The translations under genes were made by a program, and so were the position numbers. Shown here one piece after another: positions 1 through 9,937 of a DNA stretch of 64,000 nt. Where the stretch lies: assembly GCA_964649215.1 (NCBI GenBank), contig CAZYOV010000001.1, forward strand, positions 8,453 to 72,452, written 5' to 3'. The notes under the pieces are model-generated. The model saw nothing but the letters and a program-made list of their open reading frames with translations, was not told the DNA's origin and did not search any database. Position 1 is the first letter of the stretch; each line of letters opens with the position of its first letter. Source of the DNA: an uncultured Dehalococcoidia bacterium. GTDB lineage: Bacteria > Chloroflexota > Dehalococcoidia > SM23-28-2 > RBG-16-64-32.

Positions 1-16
1 ATGCGGCAGTGGACAG

Positions 17-175
17 CTAGATCAGGCCCGGTACCAAAAGAGAGCCCAGGCCAACCAACAGGGCGAACGTCACGCCCGCCAGCGCAGCGAGGATCCACGC
101 CGCCCTGGTGAAGCGAAGGGCCAGCGCCATGAGACTGAGGGCACCGCCCAAAGATAGACCAAGGCCAATGGTCAA
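17..175 (-). CDS. Possible small membrane protein (start uncertain, TTG 175 or ATG 130)
   Basis: Minus-strand frame reads ...LALRFTRAAWILAALAGVTFALLVGLGSLLVPGLI* with stop at 17-19. It is hydrophobic and under 60 aa, so not in the ORF track. No clear RBS. Confidence 0.25.
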   Translation of the reverse strand: MTIGLGLSLGGALSLMALALRFTRAAWILAALAGVTFALLVGLGSLLVPGLI

Positions 176-345
176 AATCTGAGGGAAGCATTCTATGCCT
201 TCGCTGCGCTACAACGCCCCATCTGATCGAGACCTCGTTCGACAATACGAAGGGAAAATACTTAATTCTAGGCTGTCCAAATATCGCGGCGTTTGGCAAG
301 CTTTAAGACCGTTGCTCAAATCAATCAAACAGAGGCGCGTATCTG

Positions 346-699
346 ATGCCCAACATGTTCTTGATTGCGGCGTTCTGGGAGGCGGTAATCCTGCTCGTCG
401 TATGGGTTCCTCTCGTCCTGCTCTGGCTGAGCGCCCTGCTTGATCTGTTCTTGCGTCAGCATATGTCGGGAATCGCCCGGGTGCTATGGCTCCTGTTGAT
501 CATCTTCTTGCCCGTCATCGGCGCCATAATCTACTTCATCGTCCGCTCGCGCGACGATATCGACGTCATCATGGCCCCTAACCTCCCTGACTCGCCGCCG
601 GAGGTGGGCTATCAGCTTGAGGCTCTGAGCAAGCTGCGTGATAGGGGTGCGCTGTCCGAGGCTGAGTTCGCGAGTGCGAAGGCGAAGCTCCTTGTCTGA
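346..699 (+). CDS. Small membrane protein: PLDc_N-like TM pair fused to a SHOCT tail
   Basis: 117 aa. TM pair with PLDc_N-type motif (VLWLLLIIFLPVIGAIIYFIVRSR) and a C-terminal SHOCT-like segment (LSKLRDRGALSEAEFASAKAKLL). Confidence 0.75.
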   Translation: MPNMFLIAAFWEAVILLVVWVPLVLLWLSALLDLFLRQHMSGIARVLWLLLIIFLPVIGAIIYFIVRSRDDIDVIMAPNLPDSPPEVGYQLEALSKLRDRGALSEAEFASAKAKLLV

Positions 700-978
700 G
701 TGGCGCAGCCGGCGACCCGAGGCCCGGCCAGCGAATCGCTGTGGGGCATCGGGCGCTCTACGAGAGGGGTGGCCGAGCGGTGGCCGGTTGCACAGCGAAC
801 GCGGGATGGCGGGCTACCGCTGATGTCTGTTAACATATTGGTCTGTTTCGCCAGCGCCGGGAGGCGCCGGTGATGCAATAAACGCTTGCCGAGGCGGGCC
901 ACCTCCGGTTTCACCCTATACCTTCGATGTGCGCCGGTAGCGGTGACCTAAGACCTCACAGGCTGGGGAGGGAGCATC

Positions 979-3627
979 ATGTTTAAGCGCTTTAACGGCA
1001 ACGGCGGATCAAAGATCGCCAGACGAGGACTGAGCGCGGCGGATGACCTGACGAACGCCGTGCTGGCTGCGCTGTCCGATCAAGTCGCCTTCGTCGATCG
1101 GGACGGCAACATCACCGCTGTCAACGAGGCGTGGAAGAGCTTCGACTGCGGGTGCGGCGACCTCGCGCTCCAGCGCTCGGGCGTCGGGTCGAACTACCTT
1201 GAAGTCTGCCGGGCGGCCGAGCAAGCCGGGTCGGGCGGCCTCGAGGGAGCGATTCTCGGCCTTCAGGCAGTGCTCGAGGGATCGAGACCGCATTTCTCAC
1301 TGACCTACGCGTGTCAGTCACCGTCGGGACGGCAGTGGTTCCGGATGACGGTGTCGCCGATCGGGTCGCCACCCGATGGGGCCGTAATCTCGCACACGAA
1401 CGTTGCAGAGCCCACGCTGACCGGCGAAGCGCTGGATGTGGCAGCGATCGCTCCAGCCGAGACCGGCGAGCCTCTTCTTCGTGCCTTCACCGAGCACCTG
1501 GCGAAGACGATTGGAGCGCGCTTCGCGTTCCTGTCGGAGGTAGTTGATCAACGGGCCGGAAGGCTTCGGCTCATCGCCCTCTGGAGCGGCGAGGGGTTCG
1601 AGGAAAGCTTCGAGTACGACGTGGATGGGACGCCGTGCCGGGAGGTAATGCGCGGGGCCATCTGCCTGTTCCCCGCAGACGTACAGGAATATTTCCCCGA
1701 TGACGTCTGGCTCAAGGAGATCGCGGCGGAATGCTATCTAGCGGTCCCACTGTTCAGTTACGCCGGAGACATCATCGGACATCTGGGAGTTATTCACGAC
1801 CAGAGTCTCAACGACGTTTCATTCGCCGAACATGTGGTGCGGGCTGTCGCGGCGCGAGCGAGCGTAGAGCTGGAGCGCGTGCGTCTGGTGCGGACTCTTG
1901 AGAAAAGCGAGAGGACGGCCCGGGCGCTACTGAACGCCCCCGTGGACTCAGCGCTGTTGGTGGAACCCGACGGGACGATCTCTGACCTCAACGAAGTGGC
2001 CGCGATCAGGCTGGGCGTGACCGTGAAAGAGGCTATCGGCAAGAACGTATTTGACCTGTTCCCGCCTGGCGTGGCGGCGACGAGACGGGCCGCGATGGAA
2101 GAGGTCATGACCTCCCGCAGGCCACTGCGGGTGGAGGACGAGCGGGCGGGCATGCACTTTGAAACTTCCGCCTATCCCGTGCTCGATCCGCAGGGGGACG
2201 TCGAGAGAATAGCCGTCTTCGCCAGCAACGTCACGGCGCGACAAATCGCCGAGGAGGCGCTGGTGCAAAGCGAGCGGCGGATACGGCAGGTGACCGAGCA
2301 CATCAGCGAGATGGTCTGGCTAAGCGACCCCGAGAATGGCAAACTCCTGTACGTGAGCCCAGCTTACGAACAGATCTGGGGGCGCAGCTGCCAGAGCCTC
2401 TACGAAAATTTGCAGTCGTGGCTGGAAGCAGTTCACCCCGATGACTTGGAGCGTGTACAGGCGGCGGTGGGCGATGCGGAGCAAGTGTTTGACCTGGAGT
2501 ACCGGATAATCCGTCCAGACGGCGTCGTGCGCTGGGTCTGGGCCCGCAGCTTTCCTGTCCGCGAGGAGCCGGATGGCCGATCACGCCGGGCGGGCGTCGC
2601 CTCCGACATTACGGAGCGCAAGCTGGCGGAGGAGATACTTAGACGTCAAGCTCAACTGCTTGCCAATGTCAATGATGCAGTAGTAGCGTCCGATAGTAAT
2701 TTTATTTGGACATCCTGGAATCCTGCAGCAGAAAGAATGTACGGTTGGAAGGAAGATGAAGTCATCGGCCGACCATCGGGAGAGATACTTCATCCAGAAT
2801 TTATCGGCATCGATGCTGCTGAAGTACTCCGTATTCTGCGCGAAACCGGTCAGTGGCGTGGTGAAGTAATCCAGTACGACAAGGACGGCCGGAAGATGTA
2901 TACCGAGGCAAACGCTTTCGCATTGCGGGACGAGAATGGCGATATCACTGGTTATGTTAGTGCGGATCGCGACATCACGGAGCGCAAGCGGGCGGAGGAG
3001 GCCCTTCGTCAGAGCACCCAGAGGAACGCAACTCTGATAGACGCGATCCCGGACATGATGTTCACGATTGACCGACGGGGTCTCTACGTTGATTTCGTGC
3101 CTGCGAACGGGAGTGAGCCTTATGCCCCACCGGACCAGTTTCTCGGCAGGACGGTGTTTGAGGTGTTGCCGGCATCTCTTGCTCAAGACGTGATGCAGGG
3201 AGTCGAGCTCGCGCTGGAAACCGGCCGCCCCGAACGGCTGGAGTACGAGCTGGAGCTGGACGATGGTAGGCGCCAATATGAAGCCCGGATCCTCAAGTCG
3301 AAGGAAGACGAAGCTCTCGCCATCGTGCGTGATGTCACCGCACAAAAGCGCCAAGAGCGAGAAGAGGAGCTTCGCAGGGTCCGCGACGAGCTGGAAGGCA
3401 GAGTCGAAAAGGAGATGCTCGGCAAGAACCCCTACGGGCTCACCTTCCGTGAGTTCACAGTCCTGCACCTGGCGGCAAACGGCGCAGCCGACAAGGAGAT
3501 AGCGGACCAGCTGGGAATCAGCACCTTCACGGTCAGCAAGCACGTGGCGAACATCCTCGGTAAGATGGCCGCCTCTTCTCGCACCGAGGCCTGCGTCCGC
3601 GCCCTGCGGGAGGGCCTGCTGACCTAG
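979..3627 (+). CDS. Multi-PAS/GAF sensory transcriptional regulator, LuxR/GerE-type HTH
   Basis: 882 aa. N-terminal PAS, a GAF-like region, then further PAS modules separated by DITERK(L/R)AEE linkers. C-terminal LuxR HTH (EIADQLGISTFTVSKHVANILGKM). GGAGGGAG RBS upstream. Confidence 0.85.
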   Translation: MFKRFNGNGGSKIARRGLSAADDLTNAVLAALSDQVAFVDRDGNITAVNEAWKSFDCGCGDLALQRSGVGSNYLEVCRAAEQAGSGGLEGAILGLQAVLEGSRPHFSLTYACQSPSGRQWFRMTVSPIGSPPDGAVISHTNVAEPTLTGEALDVAAIAPAETGEPLLRAFTEHLAKTIGARFAFLSEVVDQRAGRLRLIALWSGEGFEESFEYDVDGTPCREVMRGAICLFPADVQEYFPDDVWLKEIAAECYLAVPLFSYAGDIIGHLGVIHDQSLNDVSFAEHVVRAVAARASVELERVRLVRTLEKSERTARALLNAPVDSALLVEPDGTISDLNEVAAIRLGVTVKEAIGKNVFDLFPPGVAATRRAAMEEVMTSRRPLRVEDERAGMHFETSAYPVLDPQGDVERIAVFASNVTARQIAEEALVQSERRIRQVTEHISEMVWLSDPENGKLLYVSPAYEQIWGRSCQSLYENLQSWLEAVHPDDLERVQAAVGDAEQVFDLEYRIIRPDGVVRWVWARSFPVREEPDGRSRRAGVASDITERKLAEEILRRQAQLLANVNDAVVASDSNFIWTSWNPAAERMYGWKEDEVIGRPSGEILHPEFIGIDAAEVLRILRETGQWRGEVIQYDKDGRKMYTEANAFALRDENGDITGYVSADRDITERKRAEEALRQSTQRNATLIDAIPDMMFTIDRRGLYVDFVPANGSEPYAPPDQFLGRTVFEVLPASLAQDVMQGVELALETGRPERLEYELELDDGRRQYEARILKSKEDEALAIVRDVTAQKRQEREEELRRVRDELEGRVEKEMLGKNPYGLTFREFTVLHLAANGAADKEIADQLGISTFTVSKHVANILGKMAASSRTEACVRALREGLLT

Positions 3628-3678
3628 CCGACCGAGCCGACCGAGGCGGGCCACCTCACGAGCTGAGGAGGTAGCGTC

Positions 3679-6332
3679 ATGTGGAAAGGCTTCAGCGGCA
3701 CCGGCGGATCAAAGACCGCCAGACGTGGACTGAGCGCAACGGATGACCTGACGGACGCCGTGCTGGCTACGCTGTCCGATCACGTCGCCATAGTCGATCG
3801 GGACGGCAACATCATCGCTGTCAACGAGGCGTGGAAGAGCTTCGACTGCGAGTGCGGCGACTCCGCGTTCCACCGCTCGTGTGTCGGGTCGAACTACGTT
3901 GAAGTCTGGCGGGCGGCCGAACAATCCGGAGCGGGTGGTATCGAGGGAGCGATCCTCGGCCTTTGGGCGGTGCTCGAGGGATCGAGACCGCATTTCTCAC
4001 TGACCTACTTGTGTCACTCACCATCGGGACGGCAGTGGTTCCGGATGACGGCATCGCCGATCGGGTCGCCACCCGGTGGGGCCGTAATCTCGCACACGAG
4101 TGTGGCAGAGCCCACGCCGGTCGGCGAACCGCTGCATGCGGCAGCGATCGCTCCAGCGGAGACCGGCGAGCCTCTTCTTCATGTCTTAACCGAGAAACTG
4201 GCGAAGACGATTGGAGCGCGCTTCGCGTTCCTGTCGGAGGTAGTTGATCAACGGGCCGGAAGGCTTCGGCTCATCGCCCTCTGGAGCGGCGAGGGGTTCG
4301 AGGAAGGCTTCGAGTACGATGTGGATGGGACGCCGTGCCAAGAGGTATTGCGCGGGAACGTCGGCCTGTACCCTGCGGACGTGCAGGATTCTTTCCCGGA
4401 TGACGTCTGGCTCAAGGAGATCGCGGCGGAATGCTATCTAGCGGTCCCATTGTTTGGTCACGCCGGAGACGTCATCGGGCATGTGGGCGTGATTCACGAC
4501 CAGAGGCTCGAAGACGTCTCATTCGCCGAACATGTGCTGCGGGCTATCGCGGCGCGAGCGAGCGTAGAGCTGGAGCGCGTCCGTCTGGTGAGGGCTCTGG
4601 AGAAAAGCGAGAGGACGGCCCGAGCCCTCCTGAACGCCCCCGTGGACTCAGCGGTGTTGATGGAACCCGACGGTACGATCACTGACCTCAACGAAGTGGC
4701 CGCGGCCAGGCTGGGTGTAACCACGGAAGAGGCTGTGGGAAAGAACGTATTCGATCTGCTCCCGCCTGAAGTGGCGGCCACGAGACAGGCCGCGATGGAC
4801 AAGGCCATGACCTCCCGCAAGCCGCTGCGGCTGGAGGACGAGCGGGCCGGCATGAACTTTGAGAATTACGTCTATCCCATCCTCGATCTGGAGGGAAATG
4901 TCGATAAAGTAGCCGTTTCGCCAGCAACGTCACGGCGCGAAAGCTGGCGGAGGAGGAGCTGCAACGGAGTGAGAAGAGGTTCAGGTCGCTTGTCGACACC
5001 ATCAATCACGGAGTCGAGGAGATAGATACCTCCGGAGTGATAACGTTCGCTAACGCTGCGCTCCACCGGTTATACGAATATGGCGATGGTCAGCTCCTTG
5101 GAAAGTCCATTCTGGACTTTATCGCATCGGATGCCGAGAGAGAAACGCTAGCCGACTATCTGAAATATTTGGTGAAAGAACAGCCATCTCCTACTCCCTA
5201 CTTGGGACGGAAACGGACCAAGAGTGGAAATGTCATCGATGTCGAAATAGCCTGGGATTACAAGCGGGATGAGCACGGGCAGCCAACCGGATTTGTCGGG
5301 ATCGTTACGGACATCACCGAGCGCAAGCAGGCGGAGGAGGCGCTGCGGGAGAGCGAGGAGCGCTTCCGGGTGGCACTGTTAAATTCGCCTGTAGTCGTCT
5401 TTTGCCAGGACAGCGAGCTTCGCTACAGCTGGATCCACAATCCGGTTCCTGGCTTCAGCGCAGCAGATATCCTGGGCAAGACCGATGAAGACCTGCTTCC
5501 GCCTGAAGAAGCCAGCCGCCTGACGGCGATCAAACGACGAGTGCTGGATTCCGGCGTCAGTACGCGGCAGGAGATACACGCCACAGCCCGCGGAGAGGTA
5601 ATCTTTCACGACCTTACGGTCGAGCCGCTGCGCGACGCCACGGGCACCATAGTGGGGATCACGGGCGCTTCGTTCGATATCACAGAGCGCAAGCGGGCGG
5701 AGGAGGCGCTTCGTCAGAGCACCGAGAAGAACGCAACTCTGATAGGCGCGATCCCGGACATGATGTTCACGCTTGACAGAGGGGGTGTCTACGTTGATTC
5801 CGTGCCTGCTGACGGGCTTGAGCCCTATGCCCCACCAGACCAGTTTCTCGGCAGGACGGTGTTTGAGGTGATGCCGGCATCTCTTGCTCAAGACGTGATG
5901 CGGGGAGTCGAGCTCGCGCTGGACAGCGGCCGCCCGGAGCGGCTCGAGTATGAGCTGGAGCTGGACGATGGGAGGCGCCAATATGAAGCTCGGATCGTCA
6001 AGTCGAAGGAAGACGAAGTTCTCGCCATCGTGCGTGATGTCACAGCACAAAAGCGCCTAGAGCGAGAAGAGGAGCTTCGCAGGATCCGCGACGAGCTGGA
6101 AGGCAGAGTCGAACACCAGATGCTCGGCAAGAACCCCTACGGGCTCACCTTCCGTGAGTTCACAGTCCTGCACCTGGCGGCAAACGGCGCAGCCGACAAG
6201 GAGATAGCGGACCAGCTGGGAATCAGCACCTTCACGGTCAGCAAGCACGTGGCGAACATCCTCGGTAAGATGGCCGCCTCTTCTCGCACAGAGGCCTGCG
6301 TCCGTGCCCTGCGGGAGGGCATGCTGACCTAG
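3679..6332 (+). pseudogene. Tandem paralogue of the PAS/GAF-LuxR regulator, interrupted by a 1-nt deletion (or sequencing error)
   Basis: ORFs 3679-5025 and 5037-6332 are the N- and C-terminal parts of one gene. Copy 1 reads GCCGTCTTCGCC (AVFA) where copy 2 reads GCCGT-TTCGCC at 4912-4922. After the shift the other frame continues FASNVTARKLAEEELQRSEKRF... directly into ORF 5037. Confidence 0.65.
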
Positions 6333-6393
6333 CCGACCGAGCCGCGGCACGGCGGCTGCCGCCTCCTCCCACACCTCCCTCGTAGCCTGCAAG

Positions 6394-6460
6394 TCACTAA
6401 GAATCGGTACGAACGTACTTAGGTTTCCCCATGCGCGGCGGCGGTGAGGACACGGATACT
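6394..6460 (+). promoter_or_regulatory. Conserved bipartite upstream element, copy A
   Basis: TCACTAAGAATCGGTACGAACGTACTTAGGTTTCCCCATGCG-N19-GATACT. Lies 120 nt upstream of CDS 6580. Confidence 0.7.
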
Positions 6461-6579
6461 TGGGGCAGACCCGTGGGCCGTTAGTCCGAATTACGGACAC
6501 GGTGCTCGAACCGGCCAGACGCGCTGGTGTCCGTACGTCTGTGCAAGACGCGGGATAGCGGCGCGGTGCAGCGGACCAT

Positions 6580-7443
6580 ATGAACGAAGGTGACAGGACG
6601 TTGACTCACGGCACTCAGAGGACGGTGACGTATCAGGGCTCTGTAGCGGATACGGAAACTAAGAACGACGACAGGCTTGCCACAATAGTTCAAAACTACG
6701 ACGCGGCGTTCAGGTTCGCCTTCGAGAGTTTCGCTCTGGGCACCACGGACAGCCCCGTACGCGACGGCGAAGTTCTCGAACTCGCACGTCGCGCTGGCAT
6801 CACCAGAGGTAGCCGTGTCCTTGAACCGGGCTCCGGGAGTGGCGGTGTCAGCAGGTTACTGGCCCGCGAGTTGAAGTGCGAGGTGCAGGGCATCGACCTG
6901 ACGCCGTCCCAATTTGAGGAGGCCCAACGACGAGCGGAGGAGGCCGCCCTTCAGGACCTGGTCTCGTGTTCGCTTGGAGATATGGAGTTCTTTGACTACG
7001 AGCAAGAGGCGTATGACGTGGCCATGGACGTGTTTTCTTGGATTCACGTACCCGATTGGCAAAGACTATTTTCGCTGCTACGTGGCGCCTTGAAACCCGG
7101 TGGCAGGATCGTGATGTATGACGCCTTCCTGGCTCCCGCGGCGACAGACGAGACTGCGGCCTCGGTGAGAGACGCGTGGTTGGTGCGGATAGGTGCCGTG
7201 GATGACTGCACAGCGCTGCTTGAGGAGAGCGGATACCGGGTAATCCACACACAGGAATGGGGACGGCAGGTCTTGGACAACTGGAGAGGAGGGCTGGCCA
7301 ATCTAAGGAAGAAAGAAGACGAGTTCATAGGCCGTTTTGGAGAGGATGCGTACAGCTTTTTCGTTGAGACGTCAGCCTGGACAATCGGCGCTTATGAAAG
7401 GGAAGAGCTGACGGCGGCTCAAATAATCGCCGAGAAGACATGA
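6580..7443 (+). CDS. Class I SAM-dependent methyltransferase
   Basis: 287 aa with motif I VLEPGSGSGGVSRLLA and a Rossmann-type methyltransferase pattern. Confidence 0.75.
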   Translation: MNEGDRTLTHGTQRTVTYQGSVADTETKNDDRLATIVQNYDAAFRFAFESFALGTTDSPVRDGEVLELARRAGITRGSRVLEPGSGSGGVSRLLARELKCEVQGIDLTPSQFEEAQRRAEEAALQDLVSCSLGDMEFFDYEQEAYDVAMDVFSWIHVPDWQRLFSLLRGALKPGGRIVMYDAFLAPAATDETAASVRDAWLVRIGAVDDCTALLEESGYRVIHTQEWGRQVLDNWRGGLANLRKKEDEFIGRFGEDAYSFFVETSAWTIGAYEREELTAAQIIAEKT

Positions 7444-7475
7444 CATCGTATCGGAAGACGGAAGGGAGAAAACCA

Positions 7476-7847
7476 ATGTCTGGCAACGCCACAAGGGACC
7501 ATGAGGCCACGCTGCAGGGCCTGGCCACGAATGACCGCACACTCATCACATCACTGCTTGAGATGCAGCTGGAAAACATCGCCGCATCGGGACTGGATCC
7601 GAGGACGCACGCGTTGGTTCGACTAGCCGCCCTCGTGGCGATCGACGCTCCCCCGGCCTCATTCGTCTGGAATGTAGAGATAGCGCTCGAAAGCGGCGTG
7701 AAGCCTGAAGAGATGATCGGGGTACTCGTCGCTTTAGCCCCCACCGTCGGGTTTGCCCGAATCGTAGCTGCCGCCCCGGAGCTTGCCCTGGCGCTGGGTA
7801 TCGACATCGAGGCTTTGGAGGCCGTTAGGGCGGCTGGGGGCTCGTAA
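7476..7847 (+). CDS. Carboxymuconolactone decarboxylase (AhpD-like) family protein
   Basis: CMD-type core DPRTHALVRLAALVAIDAPPASFVWNVEIALESGVKPEEMIGVLVALAPTVG. The ATG at 7476 follows GAAGGGAGA. The ORF-track start at 7440 overlaps the upstream stop. Confidence 0.7.
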   Translation: MSGNATRDHEATLQGLATNDRTLITSLLEMQLENIAASGLDPRTHALVRLAALVAIDAPPASFVWNVEIALESGVKPEEMIGVLVALAPTVGFARIVAAAPELALALGIDIEALEAVRAAGGS

Positions 7848-7947
7848 CCCGAAAACTGCAGGTATTCGTCTCGCGAGCGGCACTACCGGAGAGCATCTTT
7901 TCGCAGACGATCGTACACGTCGTCTGATCAGCGGCAGGAGGTCAAGA

Positions 7948-8205
7948 ATGTTTATGAGGAGAAGGCCACTTCGCAGAGTTGTCGGGGTGGCAGCGGTTGG
8001 AGCAGTGGCTGGAGGCGTCGGCTACTACGCCGGCAAGAAGTCGGGGCAGGCCGAAGAAAGGCAAACTCAACCCTCGGAAAGCGCGCCGTCAGGTGACGAA
8101 GACAAGCTGGAGCAGCTCAAGAAGCTGGGCGAGCTACGGGACGCGGGAACCATAACCGAGCAAGAGTTCGAGCGAGAGAAACAGAAGATATTGGCTGCGG
8201 AGTAA
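7948..8205 (+). CDS. Small single-TM protein with SHOCT domain
   Basis: ATG at 7948 after GGCAGGAGG. TM segment VVGVAAVGAVAGGVGYYAG and SHOCT tail LEQLKKLGELRDAGTITEQEFEREKQKIL. Confidence 0.7.
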   Translation: MFMRRRPLRRVVGVAAVGAVAGGVGYYAGKKSGQAEERQTQPSESAPSGDEDKLEQLKKLGELRDAGTITEQEFEREKQKILAAE

Positions 8206-8218
8206 ATGAGCAGCGCAG

Positions 8219-8285
8219 TCACTAAGAATCGGTACGAACGTACTTAGGTTTCTCCATGCGCGACCGCGCTCGGCACCGTGATACT
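8219..8285 (+). promoter_or_regulatory. Conserved bipartite upstream element, copy B
   Basis: TCACTAAGAATCGGTACGAACGTACTTAGGTTTCTCCATGCG-N19-GATACT. Lies 47 nt upstream of CDS 8332 and is nearly identical to copy A. Confidence 0.7.
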
Positions 8286-8331
8286 TGAGTGAGACAAGTA
8301 TGCAGGTGGCTCACAGAAGGGAGCGTCAGTC

Positions 8332-8838
8332 ATGAGCGAATCGGCCAGTCCCATCAGTTTGATCGCCGCCTTCTACAGGAACGAGACCGACGCGGGTGAA
8401 ATGCTGACACGGCTGAAGCAGATGGACAAGGACGGGACCGTCGATATCATTGACGCTGCTGTGATGGTCAAGGCTGAGGATGGGCGCAAGCTGAAGGTCA
8501 ACGAGACCGCTGAGTTCACCGCCAAAAAGGGCGCCGTACGCGGCGCCCTTGCGGGCGGCGTGCTGGGGATCATCTTCCCACCGGCGATCCTGGCCATGGC
8601 CGCCGTCGGCGCCGCCGCCGGCGCCGCCGTGGGTCACTTCACAGATCAGGGGTTCGATAATAACCTCCTCAAGGAGATCGGCGAGAACCTTCCGCCCGGG
8701 GGCTCCTGCATCGTAGCGGTAGTGGAAGAGACGTGGCTCGCCAAGCTTTCGACCGCGCTTGAGGGCTACGTCGACCTGGCCCGATACGCCCTGGACGCGG
8801 AATCGGCCGCCAAACTGACGGCGTCGCTCGAACGATAG
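8332..8838 (+). CDS. DUF1269-like membrane protein (subtype 2)
   Basis: 168 aa. Two alpha/beta halves flank a Gly/Ala-zipper hairpin (GAVRGALAGGVLGIIFPPAILAMAAVGAAAGAAVGH). Paralogue of 28706 and 52225. Confidence 0.75.
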   Translation: MSESASPISLIAAFYRNETDAGEMLTRLKQMDKDGTVDIIDAAVMVKAEDGRKLKVNETAEFTAKKGAVRGALAGGVLGIIFPPAILAMAAVGAAAGAAVGHFTDQGFDNNLLKEIGENLPPGGSCIVAVVEETWLAKLSTALEGYVDLARYALDAESAAKLTASLER

Positions 8839-8944
8839 TGGTTGGCGCAGCCTCCACGTCTGGCCTCGGCTCCGGATCCGCTGCGGCGGGGCACGCCCTG
8901 AGCCCGGCGGTCGCCCGAGCATTCGAGCGCATGAGAGGTATAGA

Positions 8945-9220
8945 GTGTCGGCACGTCCGCCCCTCCTTTTCGGCCTGATCCTGGTGGGGCTTCTTATGGG
9001 CCTGCAGGCGAGCCTGTGGTCCACGTTCATCTTCCTGGCGGCGGAAGTTTTCTGGGTCTTGCTTCCCGCGTCGGGAGACCGCGGCGTGGCGTTGGAACCG
9101 ATCGAGAGACGCAGGCGCCGAGAGGACGATAGAGCGGAATCCCAGGAGCTGATCCAGCTTCTGGGCGTCGTGGGGCCTGCTTCCGCATTCGTCTTGGGCT
9201 TTCTGCTCGGCGCGCGATGA
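8945..9220 (+). CDS. Hypothetical membrane protein
   Basis: 91 aa with a GTG start after GAGAGG and hydrophobic segments. No recognisable family. Confidence 0.3.
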   Translation: MSARPPLLFGLILVGLLMGLQASLWSTFIFLAAEVFWVLLPASGDRGVALEPIERRRRREDDRAESQELIQLLGVVGPASAFVLGFLLGAR

Positions 9221-9279
9221 CCTTCTCACTCGTTTGTGATGCGATGGCATCGCCGCAGACGCGGCCGTGCGACGGCGAC

Positions 9280-9346
9280 GTAACGAAGAATCATTAGGAA
9301 CCTACCTAAGTTTCCCCATGCGGCGGCCCGCGCGTAAGACCACACT
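9280..9346 (+). promoter_or_regulatory. Conserved bipartite upstream element, copy C
   Basis: GTAACGAAGAATCATTAGGAACCTACCTAAGTTTCCCCATGCG-N18-CACACT. Lies 53 nt upstream of CDS 9399. Confidence 0.65.
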
Positions 9347-9398
9347 GGTCATGGAGGCTCATAGCGTTTGGGCCCCGCGTTAGAAAGGAGCACCCGAA

Positions 9399-9671
9399 AT
9401 GGTAGCGCCAGTATTTCTTTCCACCTTCTGGGACGTCATCTGGGCGGGGTTCATCGTGTTTTTTGTTGTGATCCCCCTCATCATGCTGTGGGTCTTCGCC
9501 CTGGTCGATCTATTCGTTAGGCCCGACATACGGTGGCGGAAGGTCCTGTGGCTGATCTTCATCATCTTCGTTCCTATCTTCGGTGCGATCATCTACCTAC
9601 TCGTCCGACCTCCAGAGGCCGATATCGCACCATACGAAGAACCCGCGAGTGACGCCGTCCCGGACGCCTAG
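9399..9671 (+). CDS. PLDc_N-domain small membrane protein
   Basis: 90 aa with FWDVIWAGFIVFFVVIPLIMLWVFALVDLF...VLWLIFIIFVPIFGAIIYLLVRP. RBS GAAAGGAG. Confidence 0.8.
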   Translation: MVAPVFLSTFWDVIWAGFIVFFVVIPLIMLWVFALVDLFVRPDIRWRKVLWLIFIIFVPIFGAIIYLLVRPPEADIAPYEEPASDAVPDA

Positions 9672-9937
9672 GAACGGGACAGGCGAGAGGGGCTTCCTCG
9701 GACAGGGACGCGTTTCAGCCTGACGGATCGGAGAGTCCCAGGATAGGCACTCGCGCTGCCGGACCACCCTGCCCTGGGCACCCTACGCCGATCCGTGCTG
9801 CGGTTCGAAGATTGGGGGGATAACGTGCGTGCATTGATTGCGGCGACGCTCGTATTGGTTGGAGTGTTGCTCTGGGTCCCGGGCAGTGTCGCGGCGTGGC
9901 AGGAATTGGAAGGTCGTCAGAGTCCCCGGAGGTTGGT

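Noticed and set aside
195-443. 82-aa ORF overlapping the PLDc_N-SHOCT gene start
   Set aside because: It has no RBS or motif, and it overlaps in a different frame a gene with clear family features.
2581-3654. Long antisense ORFs opposite well-supported genes (e.g. 2581-3654-, 9715-10776-, 17452-18432-, 22388-23806-, 26413-27624-, 58681-60165-)
   Set aside because: These are typical stop-poor shadow frames of GC-rich DNA. Their translations are Arg/Pro/Gly/Ala-rich and low-complexity, with no motifs and no RBS. Each is fully overlapped by a gene on the other strand that has clear family signatures.
6436-6454. GC-rich hairpin potential inside the 18-19-nt variable spacer of many element copies (e.g. 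F GATGGCC/GGCCCATC, G TGCGCC/GGCGCA, K GGCCG/CGGCC)
   Set aside because: I do not count these as an independent feature. The sequences are unrelated, stems differ in position, and such short stems are expected by chance in GC-rich DNA. The invariant length is more informative than the pairing. The observation is kept only as part of the RNA-versus-promoter discussion.
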